64,000 bases of DNA. Source: Tubiluchus corallicola (lineage: Eukaryota; Animalia; Priapulida). Of the stretch, positions 27,201 through 44,528 are shown piece after piece. The stretch is from assembly GCA_030141605.1 (NCBI GenBank), contig JAQGDQ010000188.1, positions 310,001 through 374,000 of the forward strand. The letters are read 5' to 3'. Under the pieces are notes generated by a model. The model was not told where the DNA came from. It made no database searches and was given only the letters and a program-made list of their open reading frames with translations. The position numbers and the translations under genes were made by a program. The first letter of the stretch is position 1, and each line of letters starts with the position of its first letter.

Positions 27201-30200
27201 GTTTAACTTTCAGAACTGCAGATTACTGTTTAAATTTATACACTTGTTGACTCCTCTTAAGTTAACCCAATAAAACTGAGCTGCTATAGAGATGATTAAA
27301 AGTTTTTAATCCTAATATTTCGACTCCCTTGCAGGAGTTATCATCAGGTGTACAGATATCATCAACTGATGATGGCTTCTACTAGCGGATTCGAAATATT
27401 ATGACTAAAAATTTTCAAATCACCTCTATAGCAATTAATTTTTATTTACACTTTTAAATTAGTAAGGAATTTGTGTTTTGTGTTGCAGTAGTTTAATGTT
27501 ATTGTAGGTATGGCGTTGGAAAAATTTACTACAAGCAGGAAAAATTCATGCTTGCAGAACTTCATTTTAAGAAAGCCTTAAGCATCAATCCACAAAGTTC
27601 TGTACTTATGTGTCATGTAGGTGTGGTAAGTATCATTTATTTGTATGTTATATGTTTTTAATTTTGAAAGGCAATGTTAAAAGGAAATTATAAATCAACA
27701 AAGGAGAAAAAGATAACATACTAAACAAGTAGTCATCTGCACTGAACTTGATGAGATGTTGTTTTTGTCTGACTGTACTGTGTGTCATTTACCGTAACGT
27801 CAAATTGGTGAAATGACTGTCTAGCATCCGTACTATGTAAAAGTTTCATTTTCATTTCCAGGACAAACAAGTCACGGTAATTATACGTACATGCAAGAGA
27901 CAATAATATTAATCTAAGTTACTTTCATGTTCTTTTTGCCCCACTAATGTTTTGAAAAAATGAAAATAGCTTATAAGAAAAACGGAATTGTATTTCTTTA
28001 ACCACTTTTGTTTCTATGTAAATAGAACTACTTGTTAATTTTATCAACTAATTTCAGGTACAACATGCTTTGCAAAGGTCAGAGCAGGCATTGGTTACTC
28101 TCAACAAGGCTATAGCTGCAGATCCAAAAAATCCTTTATGCAAATTTCACATGGCGTCAGTTCTGTTTGCAAGTGACAAACATCAACAAGCTCTCAGTCA
28201 ATTAGAGGATGTAAAGGAACTTGTGCCAAAAGAATCACTGGTTTATTTTCTTATTGGAAAGGTCAGTTAACTTTTCTTAAACATAAATTCAATTAATGTT
28301 CATACTTGTGGATTTTTATAACATTTCTAAATTGCAAATGGTATAGTTTTTAGTGTTTATAAAATGGCGTTTATATTATAGAATGGGGTTTATATAACAG
28401 TGCTACTACAATTATTGATTCATCTTAATCAGTAAATTAATTTTGCATCATCCTTTATTTTTTGTGTTTCTAACATCGTTTGTAATCGTCATCTTATTTA
28501 TAAATTTAATTGAAATGTTCGAGGCTTTCTAGACCGAAGTGAAATTGAAATACAGTGCTTGTCATTATGACGATATTTTCATTTAGCATAATTTCCATGC
28601 AGAAATGATAAAATGATAATAATGTTCATATGGGGCTCAGTTATTGCAGCTAAGTTATGTTGTGGTTTCTTGCGCTGTAGTCATTTGAGTTTTTCATCAG
28701 TTTCAACTAAAATACTTGTTTACAAGTTCTTGATTTAGTTTTACAGTGTTGCGAATAAAATTAAATTAAGACGCTTGACATAAAATTGTAGACATAAGAC
28801 TAACATAGACACATAAGACATGTTACAATGCAAACGAAATACATTCCTTCGATCCAAAACATTAAATCGGATACAAAAATGCCCTCATCTATTTAAAATA
28901 TTTAAAACCACTCTTTTAAGCATAGAATAATCCTAAATCGAACAGTAAGTTAAATAGAGTTTATATATATTTTGATAGTGAATTCCACAATGAAGAAGGC
29001 CAAGAGGCTGTATACAGAAAGCTATTTTTGACAGAATTAGTTTTAAGCTTCGGTAGATATAAATTCTGATTAGCAGCTCGAGTGAATTTCTCTCGGCGAA
29101 TTCACTCTAATTCACTCGACGAATTTCTTTTAATCAAACCAGTTTATTTTTTAGAGAAACAGTAACACTATTATTCATTACATATTTTGTCCTACCTTCC
29201 TATTTCTGTGTGTTCTATTTATGAAGTAATTCTTAAGTGAAAGGCATACCAAGCTGTCAAAGATAACCACTTTAATCTAGAGTGTAGGATACAGAGGTGG
29301 GTAAAATAATTACATTGTAAAATGATGTGAAAGGCTTTATTATACAGTATGCCCAGGAAGCATAGACACTATATAGGTTGCGTTAGTTCGCGTATGTTGC
29401 TTGTTCGCTATACAACATCAGCATATTCGAAATAAGGAAGAATTAGTTACAATTTTAGTCAAAACAGTACCGTGCATACACTGTATTACTTTTACATGAA
29501 TTGCAATAAACGTGTGCTTCATACATTCCTTATTATACTTATTTCAGCACATGCTTTGTCTACTTTTGTGTGGCAGTGTTAATTGTTGTCAAGTTTGCGC
29601 ACAAATTTAGTAACACATTCACATAGTCGAATAAAAGTAAATTTTGTCTCAAGTTTTTGCAAACCCTGGTGTCAAACTACTAGCCTTTACCGAATTTGTA
29701 AAAAAATCCCTAAGACGTTCTAGGTAGTAACTCATAATTTAGATGTTGTAACTTATATAGCGAGTAGTAGAATAGTTTGCCAAGTCATTCGTTTAACAAA
29801 TGTTTGTCCTTTTTTTTACTGAAGTAAGCATCTGTTTTAGAACAATGTAAAAATACCACATATACATATATATAAAATTATTCAAAAAGCTTCCCTTTTC
29901 TTTAAACTAGTGCTGTCTCTTCGAACACAGAGCAAGGACAAAACAACACTTATGTAATACTTATATGTAATTTATAGCAATATATAGATATGGTAATTGG
30001 TAATATATAAGATATAGTAATATATCTTAAAAACTGCAATAAAAAGTTGTCCGTAGTTTGTTGTATGCTTTGAAATTTTGTTACTCTTTAAGTACATCAA
30101 GTTTGCTTAGTCCTTGGTTCTCATGTATCTAAATTTTGTGCAGTAGCTTCAAAACTCTGCTATTTGGTGTAACTCTTGTTAATTTTTTTCAGGTTCATAA

Positions 30201-31060
30201 GAAACTAGGAAATACCCATCTTGCTTTAATGAATTTCTCCTGGGCAGCTGATCTTGATCCGAAAGGAGCTAATAATCAGATCAAAGAGGCTATAGATAAA
30301 CATTATGTCAATGAGGATGATGAACCCATCAATATCATTAGTGAGGCATCAGGTGATTCTTAGAACAATGTACAATACTCACAAAAATCAGTAATCAGCC
30401 TGAGTGAGGGTCAGTAACCCATTATCTGTGTAAGCTTCAGCCATTCAGTTAAAAAAAATTGTTGGGGTGGGGTCTGGCATGTCTTGTCTTTGTCCCAATT
30501 CATTGCTGCTAATTCAGCATGTGCTCTTCTAGAGTTACCCAGTTCTGATGATGATTTTTGGAATTAATTTGTCATGCCAAACAAGGTGGATTTTTCTATA
30601 AAGTGTGAAGTTTGACTTGTGTATCATGAAAAATCTTTCAGGAATAACACCAAAAGAACGTGATGGTAAAAAGCTACAAATTAGGTTTAAATTCTGAAAA
30701 AAGTATAATCCCTTTTTTGTATTCTATTAGGTGTGCTCTTAGCGCACATGGTAATAAATCATCTTCGTTGATTTACGATAGCAGTTCATACTGATGATTG
30801 CAGCTACTTTCACTCTGTAAAGGTTAAATTTTAGGTCATCGTGAATGTCGCCACAGATTCTATTTAATACGGAATACAATGCTTCTTCAATGTTTTTATT
30901 GTATTCAGAGTAGATGTACGAGTTTGGTTGTTCACACAATGAAATTTTCTTGCTAGGAGCAGACAGAAGTCTTATTAATGAAGAGGATGAAGGTGACCGT
31001 AGCATCGTTGATCCAGATGAACTGAGGTTACATGCAATGGAGAGCGATGAGAGTCTATAG
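15283..31060 (+). CDS. CDC27: Cell division cycle protein 27 / APC3, TPR subunit of APC/C (~815 aa, 19 exons)
   Basis: Exons 15283-15306, 17366-17441, 17851-17998, 19605-19733, 20555-20652, 21395-21543, 21860-22059, 22333-22459, 22734-22831, 23073-23142, 23562-23769, 24139-24311, 25365-25517, 26126-26206, 26965-27092, 27508-27625, 28058-28261, 30193-30352, 30957-31060; 2448 nt in frame. Motifs MIVLEPTQGAVWHALNNYAY, LNPFLWSSFEELC, SPLTPSFGILPL, RRSTRLFS, MEYYSTALWHLQ, AWCAVGNCFSLQKEH, YAYTLLGHEY, HLALMNFSWA, C-terminus LHAMESDESL. AATAAA at 32078. Confidence 0.96.
15325..15400 (+). mobile_element. Small LINE reverse-transcriptase remnant in CDC27 intron 1
   Basis: YVDFCKAFNKVPHTQL matches the RT motif YxDFxKAFDxVPH. 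Confidence 0.55.
16985..17213 (-). mobile_element. tRNA-derived SINE
   Basis: Minus strand: A box TGGCTGAGTGG, B box GAGTTCAAATC, no pairable acceptor stem, followed by ~150 bp body ending ...GTAAATAAGTGCCCTTGTCCTTTTTTT. Confidence 0.6.
18447..19320. mobile_element. Non-coding interspersed element with internal ~200-bp tandem duplication (Helentron/HINE-like)
   Basis: Starts TTTTTAGGTCCCCTGA...; blocks ~18897-19100 and ~19100-19300 share tagtgttataaag.cag.ttttgtc...gtgatgggtgaca...gacaaaaatattt. Family assignment is tentative. Confidence 0.45.
19870..20467. mobile_element. Tigger/pogo-like (Tc1/mariner superfamily) MITE
   Basis: TA|CAGTGTTCCCTGGCTATTTTGCGG ... CCGCGATAAGCAAGGGAATATCTG|TA: imperfect ~24-bp TIRs with TA duplication; CpG-rich ends. 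Confidence 0.7.
22158..22266. repeat. 29-bp minisatellite, ~3.8 copies, in a CDC27 intron
   Basis: Unit ttatcttaacttgctagtcgagc....ta repeated at 22158, 22187, 22216, 22245. Confidence 0.8.
27269..27446. mobile_element. Palindromic Penelope-like remnant with hammerhead-like CTGATGA...GAAA cores on both arms
   Basis: ~79-bp imperfect inverted arms (27269-27347 and 27366-27446); each arm reads outward CTGATGA-~20 nt-CGAAATATTA. Confidence 0.55.
28790..29500 (-). mobile_element. Degenerate L2/Crack-type LINE 3' fragment
   Basis: Minus strand gives LILPYFEYADVV and downstream WNS-type motifs; short (TAAGAC)-like tail near 28790-28820. Confidence 0.55.
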
Positions 31061-33163
31061 ATAGTGAAATATTGTATTATAAGATTATAAGAATTATACG
31101 CAAATTTTTGCAGTCTGTACAGTGTATGCAATGTTATTATTTACAGGCTTGAAAATACAAGTCAAGTTATTCTTGATAGACTTGCAAAGACAAGTCATTT
31201 ATTGTTTTTCTTTAACTTGTAACCACATTGGTGGAGAGTGTTACTAAAATTGATAAACAGTCTGCATAATTATGTTATATGCATAAGCGTATATTGGACC
31301 ACATGCAGTTAAGCAAGTGTTGAATTTAACTATTACAGTAACTAGCAAAATGCGAAACTGCATTAAAAAATAGTTTAGAAAATTCCTAACCAATGCCCTA
31401 AATCTGTTATTTAGTATAACAAGGCCATATTCAATATCAATCAAGACTGTACAATTACAGTTGCACCTACATCGGGATCCTTATGACGATACAGTTGTTA
31501 CTTTAACCAGTAAGTCGTTAATAAAACAGTTATGTACCTCACTATTTCCTAGCAAACATGATTTTACATATAATATTTGATCTAATATCAGCATGTAAAT
31601 ATCCTGGTATTCTGGAATTTGTGAATTACTTTTTTATATGCTTATATACATTTCGATGTGTTGCTTTTTGCTTTGAAAATGGTTTCAGAAGAATGAGTTA
31701 GAAAATTTTACTCATATATGTGTAATTACTTCTACGATTTTTTTTGTATATAACAATAGTCTTACAGGAATTATTTCTGCATTGTTATGAAACAGAAACC
31801 CTTAATTTTTTGTGGCATATTGTCTTCTGGCTGGGCTGTTAAAAGTCTAAAATCAGGTGCTACATTTCTAAGACACACAAGGTCATTATGGTTTGCCTTA
31901 ATCCTAATAGCTGTCATCTCTCAAAACTGCTCCTAATATGAAAGAAAAAGGTACAACTATAATAATCACACATTGCTATTATAGTACAGTCGTGGTACAT
32001 CCTTAGCTTTTTGAAATCATGTAATTAAATGTACAGATTTGGTTCATGTGAAGGATTCATTGTTTGAGAATATATATAATAAACCTCTTCATGCTTAATA
32101 ATTCGGTTATGTATGAATTTTTATCCAACTGTGTGGAATGATAATATTTACTACTTGTTGTTCAAGTGCTTGTTTTAGCATTTTCTTTAAATACGGCAGT
32201 GGTTCAAATATTTATATGATTTTTCCAATCTCTAACCATCCAAAGTCATATTATTAACACAAGTTTTCGCTATTACGCAGTTGTAAACATCCAATCAAGT
32301 CGTTGTAATAATGATGTACTACTAACGAGCTGACCACATATATAAACTATTAAAATCGCAAGTATATGAATTTAAAATGATGAAATTGTGTCGGCCAAAA
32401 GTTATTATAAGTTTATGACTTTAAAGGCCTAGGCTATCATCATTGCTGTTGACACCAGTTTTACTCTATTTTTATTAAGTTTCAGTTTATCCAGAAGCAT
32501 TAAGCTTTTTTATTTTTTTTACCAACATTAACAAGTTTTATTTTAACAAAGTACTTATAATAGCTATTGGCCACTCGCATCTAAATGTTAATACAATCGT
32601 CTACTTATTTATTTAAAGACATGAGCTCTCTCGCTAACACATCATTTTATATTAGTAGACCTGACGAACAAATTAAATATTTTCTTCAACATTTATCGAT
32701 GGATATTTTCTGTAGCCTAGCAAAAATATGAAGTAAAACAAACCGTTTATAGATGTGCAAGCAAGAGTTTTTCTTTTGGAAACAATTCAAATCTGTCAGC
32801 ACTATCTATCTCATTTTATCAAAAAATGTACATGAAAATATGAATACATTATATTTACATTAACATTTCACATTATTTGAGGCTACTCAAATACTGATGG
32901 TGGCATTTCTTTAGTTCATGTCACAAATTCCAGCAATGTCAACAAAAGGTGAACGTATCATGGAGTATCTACACACGTGTCTCGTCTTTTGTGAGAACCA
33001 GCTCAACATCTGCAACTACTGTTTTCCAGCCTGTTTCTTCACTTTGTAATGTTCAACTGTTTCAAAACAAAGTGCCAAGGATTACCAAAATAAGGGCTCC
33101 AAGTTCAGTCACTCTTCGACTTGTAGTAAATAAATAAATAATTCACCTCAGTGAACAGTAGCT

Positions 33164-38491
<5,328 letters not shown>

Positions 38492-39299
38492 AATCTCTAA
38501 TTTAGAACTTTACATTCACAGAGTAGTGGACACGGCTGATATTAAGGTGTTAACAGGAATTATTTTTAGTAAGCAGCAATCGACAGAGTTTGTTGTGAAT
38601 TTATTAGCATCAAGAGAAATTTCACCAAAACATCATCATCATATGCCCATTACGTATTGGACATTGGGCATGTACAATGCTAAAATACAATAAATCTGCC
38701 GTTAAGACACCAAAACAAACACAGTAAAATTTCACAGGCAGTCAACTCGTACAGGAATTTGGGAAATCTTCAATTTTAGCGGTTTCAGCCATTTCACACC
38801 GGCAACTCTTCCTTCAGAGAGGCACTCACCTCTAAGTGCAACTCTCCGCAAGCCTAATAATTTAAGTCTTGCAGGTTTGAAGCGCGTAGTGTCCGATTTC
38901 TATATTTTTATCTCGAATGCAAACGTCCTGAAAAATAGAATCTGTGATAGTAACTTCAATATGAATAGAGCAGACTGGGATCTAAGGTCTGTGCAAATAT
39001 AGGACGCTTAGAAAACAATTTTATATTAATGTTACGATAGTTAAGATTCGAGTTTTTACCAGTTACCATCTCCATAGTCCATGGTGTTAGTCCACGGGAC
39101 TTTAGGCTGATCATTAATAAATCGCTCTAAAAACATCAGTAACCATAAAACACAAAGGTTACAAAAACACAATGTGGCAGAAACAGAAACAGCAACTAAT
39201 CATGTGTGTTATAATAGGCAAAGTCACCACGGGGTGCAGCATATTGGTTAGTAGCCCAGTGTTCTTCAAATCTATTTTTGAAATTGTTAACGTTCTGCA

Positions 39300-39900
39300 C
39301 TGATACAATTTATTGTGCTGAAAGTGCGTTCCAGGATTTAAGTACATGTCCCATGATTTCCAAAAAAATGCACGCACTGTGATTTAGTGTATCTACTTTT
39401 AGCTATCTTGAAACAGTTGTCCTTAGTGGTAGGTCATTCAACATTTCCAATCCTATTTGATTCCAGCAACAATGAAGCAATGGCAGCGTCATAGTATCCA
39501 TGCAAGAATCTACAAACTTCGATGAGGTCTCCATGTTCATGCTTGTACCTCATGCTAGTCATTTTGGACAGTACAAAGCCCCTTTTCATAGGACTTCTCT
39601 TTTTGTTTTGAAGCCTGGTATCCATTTGGATGGTCTATAGAGAACATTTTCGATAAGCGTGGTCGTACCAGAGCATTAAAAAAGCTTTTCATACTATCCG
39701 GTGCATCCGCATGCACCCACATACATATGTAGGGTTGGCAAATGTAAGTCCCAATATAGAGTTCGCGTTTGCAACCTGTTGTTCAGTATGTGCTGACAAC
39801 TTCAGCTGATTATCAGTTAGGACCCCTAAATTATTCTCCTCTGTTGTGGGTGATATTAAACTGCCATCCATCCAATAATCCACGTGAGCAGGGCCACACA
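39300..39900 (-). mobile_element. Degenerate CR1-type LINE ORF2 3' fragment
   Basis: TTEENNLGVLTDNQLKLSAH...ANANSILGL and GDLIEVCRFLHGYYD match CR1 ORF2 C-terminal motifs; broken across frames. Confidence 0.7.
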
Positions 39901-41096
39901 GGCTGAGGTAGAGGGCCTTGCATTTACAAGAATTGAACTTTCCACCAATTGCACCAATAAGCCTTTTCACAGTTCCAGTGATTGATGATGATCGTGAAAA
40001 GATCAAAGGTTAATTGTATCAGACAATGCTAGACAAGTTCTTATAGTTTGGTTTGCAGCACAATGATACGTTTTCCGGAATACCAATAAATCACTTAAAC
40101 TACACGCATTCTTCATGCTTTTACACTTGTTTATATACTATAGCGACTTACAGTAAGTGAGTGTTTGTGAGAGCGTGTGTTACGTGATCAAGGTGGACGG
40201 GGCTAAACGCCGCTTGCGATCTATTTATTATTTATTACATATAGTATAGCCACTTGGCCAGTTAGCCACTGTGAATCGCCTGAATCGCCAGTTGAACTGA
40301 ACGTTGCGGGAGCACACCACATCGACAAGTACAAAAATGCATGCGGCGATGCACTAACGATGAAGTTGCGCTTGGGCAAAAATAGGTCAAGTTAAAATTC
40401 ATCGAAATTGGAATTTGTGATTTTTCAAATTCAAGATCTGTTCACAAAGTTCTTTTTTCATAAATAATGCTAGCGCGTATCTAGGAAATCCAAATTTTAC
40501 ATATTTGTATAACGTCAAGAGCACGACAAAAAGAAAGGTATTGTGTAGTGTGAAATTACGGTCATCTAATATATTTTTTTATTCGTTTTATCTGAGTATG
40601 TGACTATGTCAGTGTAATGTGATACAAAATAAATTTATTTTTGTTAAAACATACCTTAACCACAAGTTTCAATGTAACATGCGGCTGCAAATAGGGCAGT
40701 TACAGGTTCATTGCTGGGTCTGATTACCTTCCAGGCCATTGAGAAATTTCAGTTTTTATACTACATAGTAAATTAGTATATTCGTTAATTCTGTTACAAT
40801 GAATATTTGCAGAAAGAAACAGTCGACGGATCCGTTAAGACCAGCTCTTAAGCTATTTAATTAATAGTCACGTTTTTATGCCGAGGTCTTTTATGGGCTT
40901 TGTACATTTTAAGCCCAATCTTCCATAGCCGAGTGTATTCTATTATGCTGTTTTCTACAGTAAATGAAGCATTTTTCATAGGGTTCTGACAGATTCTTGT
41001 CGTATAGTTAAATTATCTGAATATTTGAACAAAAACGTCCAGCATCTTCAAACAGCTAAAGAAAATATGCCACCATAATGTTATTTATAAATGCAA

Positions 41097-41755
41097 TAGG
41101 GATATGCGGATCACCGGATTTTTTTCCCGGAATATTAGTATAATAATCCGGTCCGGTAAACCTTAGTTGTAATCTCTAAAGGTATGGTGAACCTTCATAT
41201 ACCAAATAATTGACACATTGAGTGAAAATTATATTAAACAAACCGAACATTTATCTATTATGCTTATAAAAATTCATTCGAAAAAAGTCAATGGCAAACT
41301 TCAAACATGGCATAACAGCTGACATTTTGCTTTTTGCTTGTATATGATAACTCAGAGAATGTGGCGCACTGTTGATACACATGTCTAGTAGTGTGGCAGT
41401 TCTGTTTTTGCTTACAAATAAATCAATGAGAACTCGAACTATTAACAATTATACTGTTGCAATTATGCCTAAGGCAGTGACTAAAGGTTCGGATCCATGT
41501 CCGGAACTGCTGCAACTAAAATTACGGATCCGTGTCTCGAAAACATTCACGGCAAACGATATTAACGAGAAAGCACGGATGGCCTTACCGCGAAAGATAT
41601 TGAGAAATACGGTTCGTCATTAGAGAGGGGCAATATAGCACTTTCTTGTTTATCCGCAACCTCAAACTCCACAATTGTAAATATCAGCATCCGCTAGATC
41701 CGCGGATTGAGTGAACTTGAATATCCTCATAGATATCTATATTACGAAATCCCTA
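41097..41755. mobile_element. hAT-like MITE with ATCCG/CGGAT subterminal repeats
   Basis: Termini TAGGGAT...ATCCCTA; many CGGAT/ATCCG motifs at both ends; no target-site duplication recognisable. Confidence 0.5.
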
Positions 41756-42938
41756 AATAGGACACTCGGTGAATGTGCGCAACACTTCGTCATATTATGG
41801 TGAGTGAGTCATGCTTTATTAGTATAGAGCAAACATAGTGTCTGCCTGTTTTTGGTATGAAGGAAACATTTATCCCCATTTGTATTTGAAAAACAACAGG
41901 ATTAGATTAAAATAACATTTTTCTTATATTACGCTGAACTTTTAATTTTTTTCTGATATGAATATGTTCATATTGTCAATTGAATACATATGCATCTTCC
42001 CATTGTAACAGTTTTTTCTCACTAATTAGCATTGTTAATGCTTCAACATTTGATAGTGTAATAGATTACATAAGTTTTACGGTGCTTGCTTGACGTTAGG
42101 TAATATTTCTACTGATAAATACCTTTCAAAAGAATGTAAATATCCTATTACTGTGCATGCCCGTTTTAATTTTTAATAATTATAAAATGTTTTTTTACTG
42201 GAGTTTTGCTGCTTTACATGTAACTCTAAGGAAATTGCAACAACAGTGAACCATTGTCTGCAATGGTAGAAATTGTCAAAATCAGTATGTTTTGTAAATG
42301 TCACAAAAAGCACGGATCTGTATTTGTTGGAAAAATAGCTACGAATACTGATCCGTATTCGGTATCACAGAAAAGACGAGCATGAATCTGTACCTCTAGC
42401 CACTGCTTATGCCTAAATACTGTTTTTCTTGACTGTACAAAATAATTTTGAACAGCTTTTGAAAGGATTAGGTCTGCTTTTAAAGTATTTAGTTCAACAG
42501 CTGCATAACATTAACCATTAAGTACAAATATAGATTTAGTAATTAGGACAATTTTATACTGCTTACCAATCACCATCCACTTAAAATGATAAATCACTAT
42601 GAAGTTAATAATCCTTTTCAATTTGGAATTACAAGAAAGTTCGCTACAATTTGGCAAAAAATTCCTTTCAGTGGCATCCATGAATAAAAAAACCAGTTTC
42701 GGTTCAGTTGATGAAAATGTGCATTCGGTGTACCTTTATAATGTGTTAATATCGGTGACCATATATTTTTTTGTGCGTTAATGATATTTGTAAAAAAATT
42801 GTGTAATTTCACGCAGCCACAAGTTACACCTAGCAGGAACCATGGGTTTCCATGGTGTTTGTAACATGCAGGCCGCATTGCCCATTGTGCTGACCTCTGC
42901 CATAGCATCAAACAACACAATACAGACTGGGGCCCTGG

Positions 42939-43944
42939 CAAGGATGTCAATAATAGAAACCTTATGTCCGATCATGCCCGATTGCCGATTGTTCCCAATC
43001 CTGATCCTTTTATAAGTTACTGTAGTATTAGATATTTCATGCCTTACTCAAAACTACTGTTTCATTTGTTTGCTCGTTATGATTTTAAGTTTATATCTTT
43101 TTAGTTTGATAGTCGTTTGTCTATGCGTTTGTCCTCAGCTAATTTGTCAGTAGAAGTTTTTCAATTAATTTAACTAAAAAAGTGGCTGATTTGCTGACCT
43201 ACGTGATTTTTGCCACCCTTTCTCTGTACTCTTTTTTTGTCTATGTATTTGATATTTACTGTGTATAATTTCAGGAGATAAATAAACTTAATCTTAATCT
43301 GAATATGGGATTTACCCTTATTCTATTAAATGTCTAGTGCACTTAAAATTTTTCCTTCCTAAAAAATATAAGGTAAGCTAGACTGTTTTTTAAAAAAAGA
43401 AAAATGTTAGAGCATTTATATGTTAGAAAATGTTAGAAAATTTATATGTGAATTAAAAACTCAGTCATGCTGTGTGCTAATCTGAAACTATGTGGTAACT
43501 ACTAATTACAAGAAGCTGCTTTACCGAGTCCAAAACAAAACTAACTGCTGGAAAAAGTAAAAATTACTAGTGCACAGGTTTCCTGTTAACGAAATTAACG
43601 AATCACAAAAAGATTAGTTATCCTTATTCATCTTTAATTGTTCGTTATTGATTACTCATATTAAATATATCACATACGTGCACTCATGCACACACACACG
43701 CGCACGTGCACACCGTCTGTCGTGTTTTACGAATTAGAAATTAGACTTGTTATTCTAATAGAAAGCAGAAAACACACTTAAAGTAATTCAGGAATATAGC
43801 TGAAAGAGAAATTTAGCGTTTGGTGTATTGAATGTACTTTTTGAACAAACTTTGTCAGTCAGTTTTTTTGCGTTTCCCGATCCTGATGTTAGACAATCGG
43901 GAAGCACCTACCGCCAATTGTATGAACGGGATTGGCCATCCCTT
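42939..43944. mobile_element. hAT-like non-autonomous element with exact 8-bp target-site duplication
   Basis: CAAGGATGTCAAT...ATTGGCCATCCCTT TIRs; GGCCCTGG at 42931-42938 and 43945-43952; CCGAT/ATCGG subterminal repeats. Confidence 0.7.
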
Positions 43945-44010
43945 GGCCCTGGGCATTGGCTAAGTTGACGCTGCTTTGATAACTTAGTGATTTTGTGTCT
44001 GCAGTATAGC

Positions 44011-44528
44011 CAGGGATGGATTAGCCATTAAGCCAATAAGGTTATAGCTTTAGGCCCTAAATTTTGGTAAGTGCTATGAACTCCGAGGGTTTACCAAAAT
44101 TTAGGGCCTAAGGCTATAACGTTATTTGCCTAATGGCAAATGGCCATTTAAACAAAGAATATGTTATTATTAACAGCTGCTTAGTAAACAGGATAACAAA
44201 ATTATGAAGGAATCGAATTCGAACTAAAAAAACATTCGATGATCACCCCGAATAAGCACGTGAGTGTCTGAGTAAGTCTGTATAAAAAACAACATTTTTA
44301 ATAGTTCCTGAAAATTTGATGGCAATCGGCCTATGCATGGGTCTGATATTTCATTTTTTAGCTAATATTTAACTAAATAGACACAGTTTTGTACTGAAAC
44401 ATTTTGTGTGAATAAATTTTAGGAACAGCAGTATAGCACAAGTAGCTGTATAGATGTGCATTGCCTACGTGGTTAGGCCCTTCATTTGTTAATTAGCCTT
44501 AGGCCTGTGAACTTTTAATCCACTTCTG
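44011..44528. mobile_element. hAT-like MITE containing a 120-bp palindrome
   Basis: CAGGGATGGATTA...TAATCCACTTCTG imperfect TIRs; internal 50-bp inverted arms 44021-44070 / 44091-44140. Confidence 0.5.
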
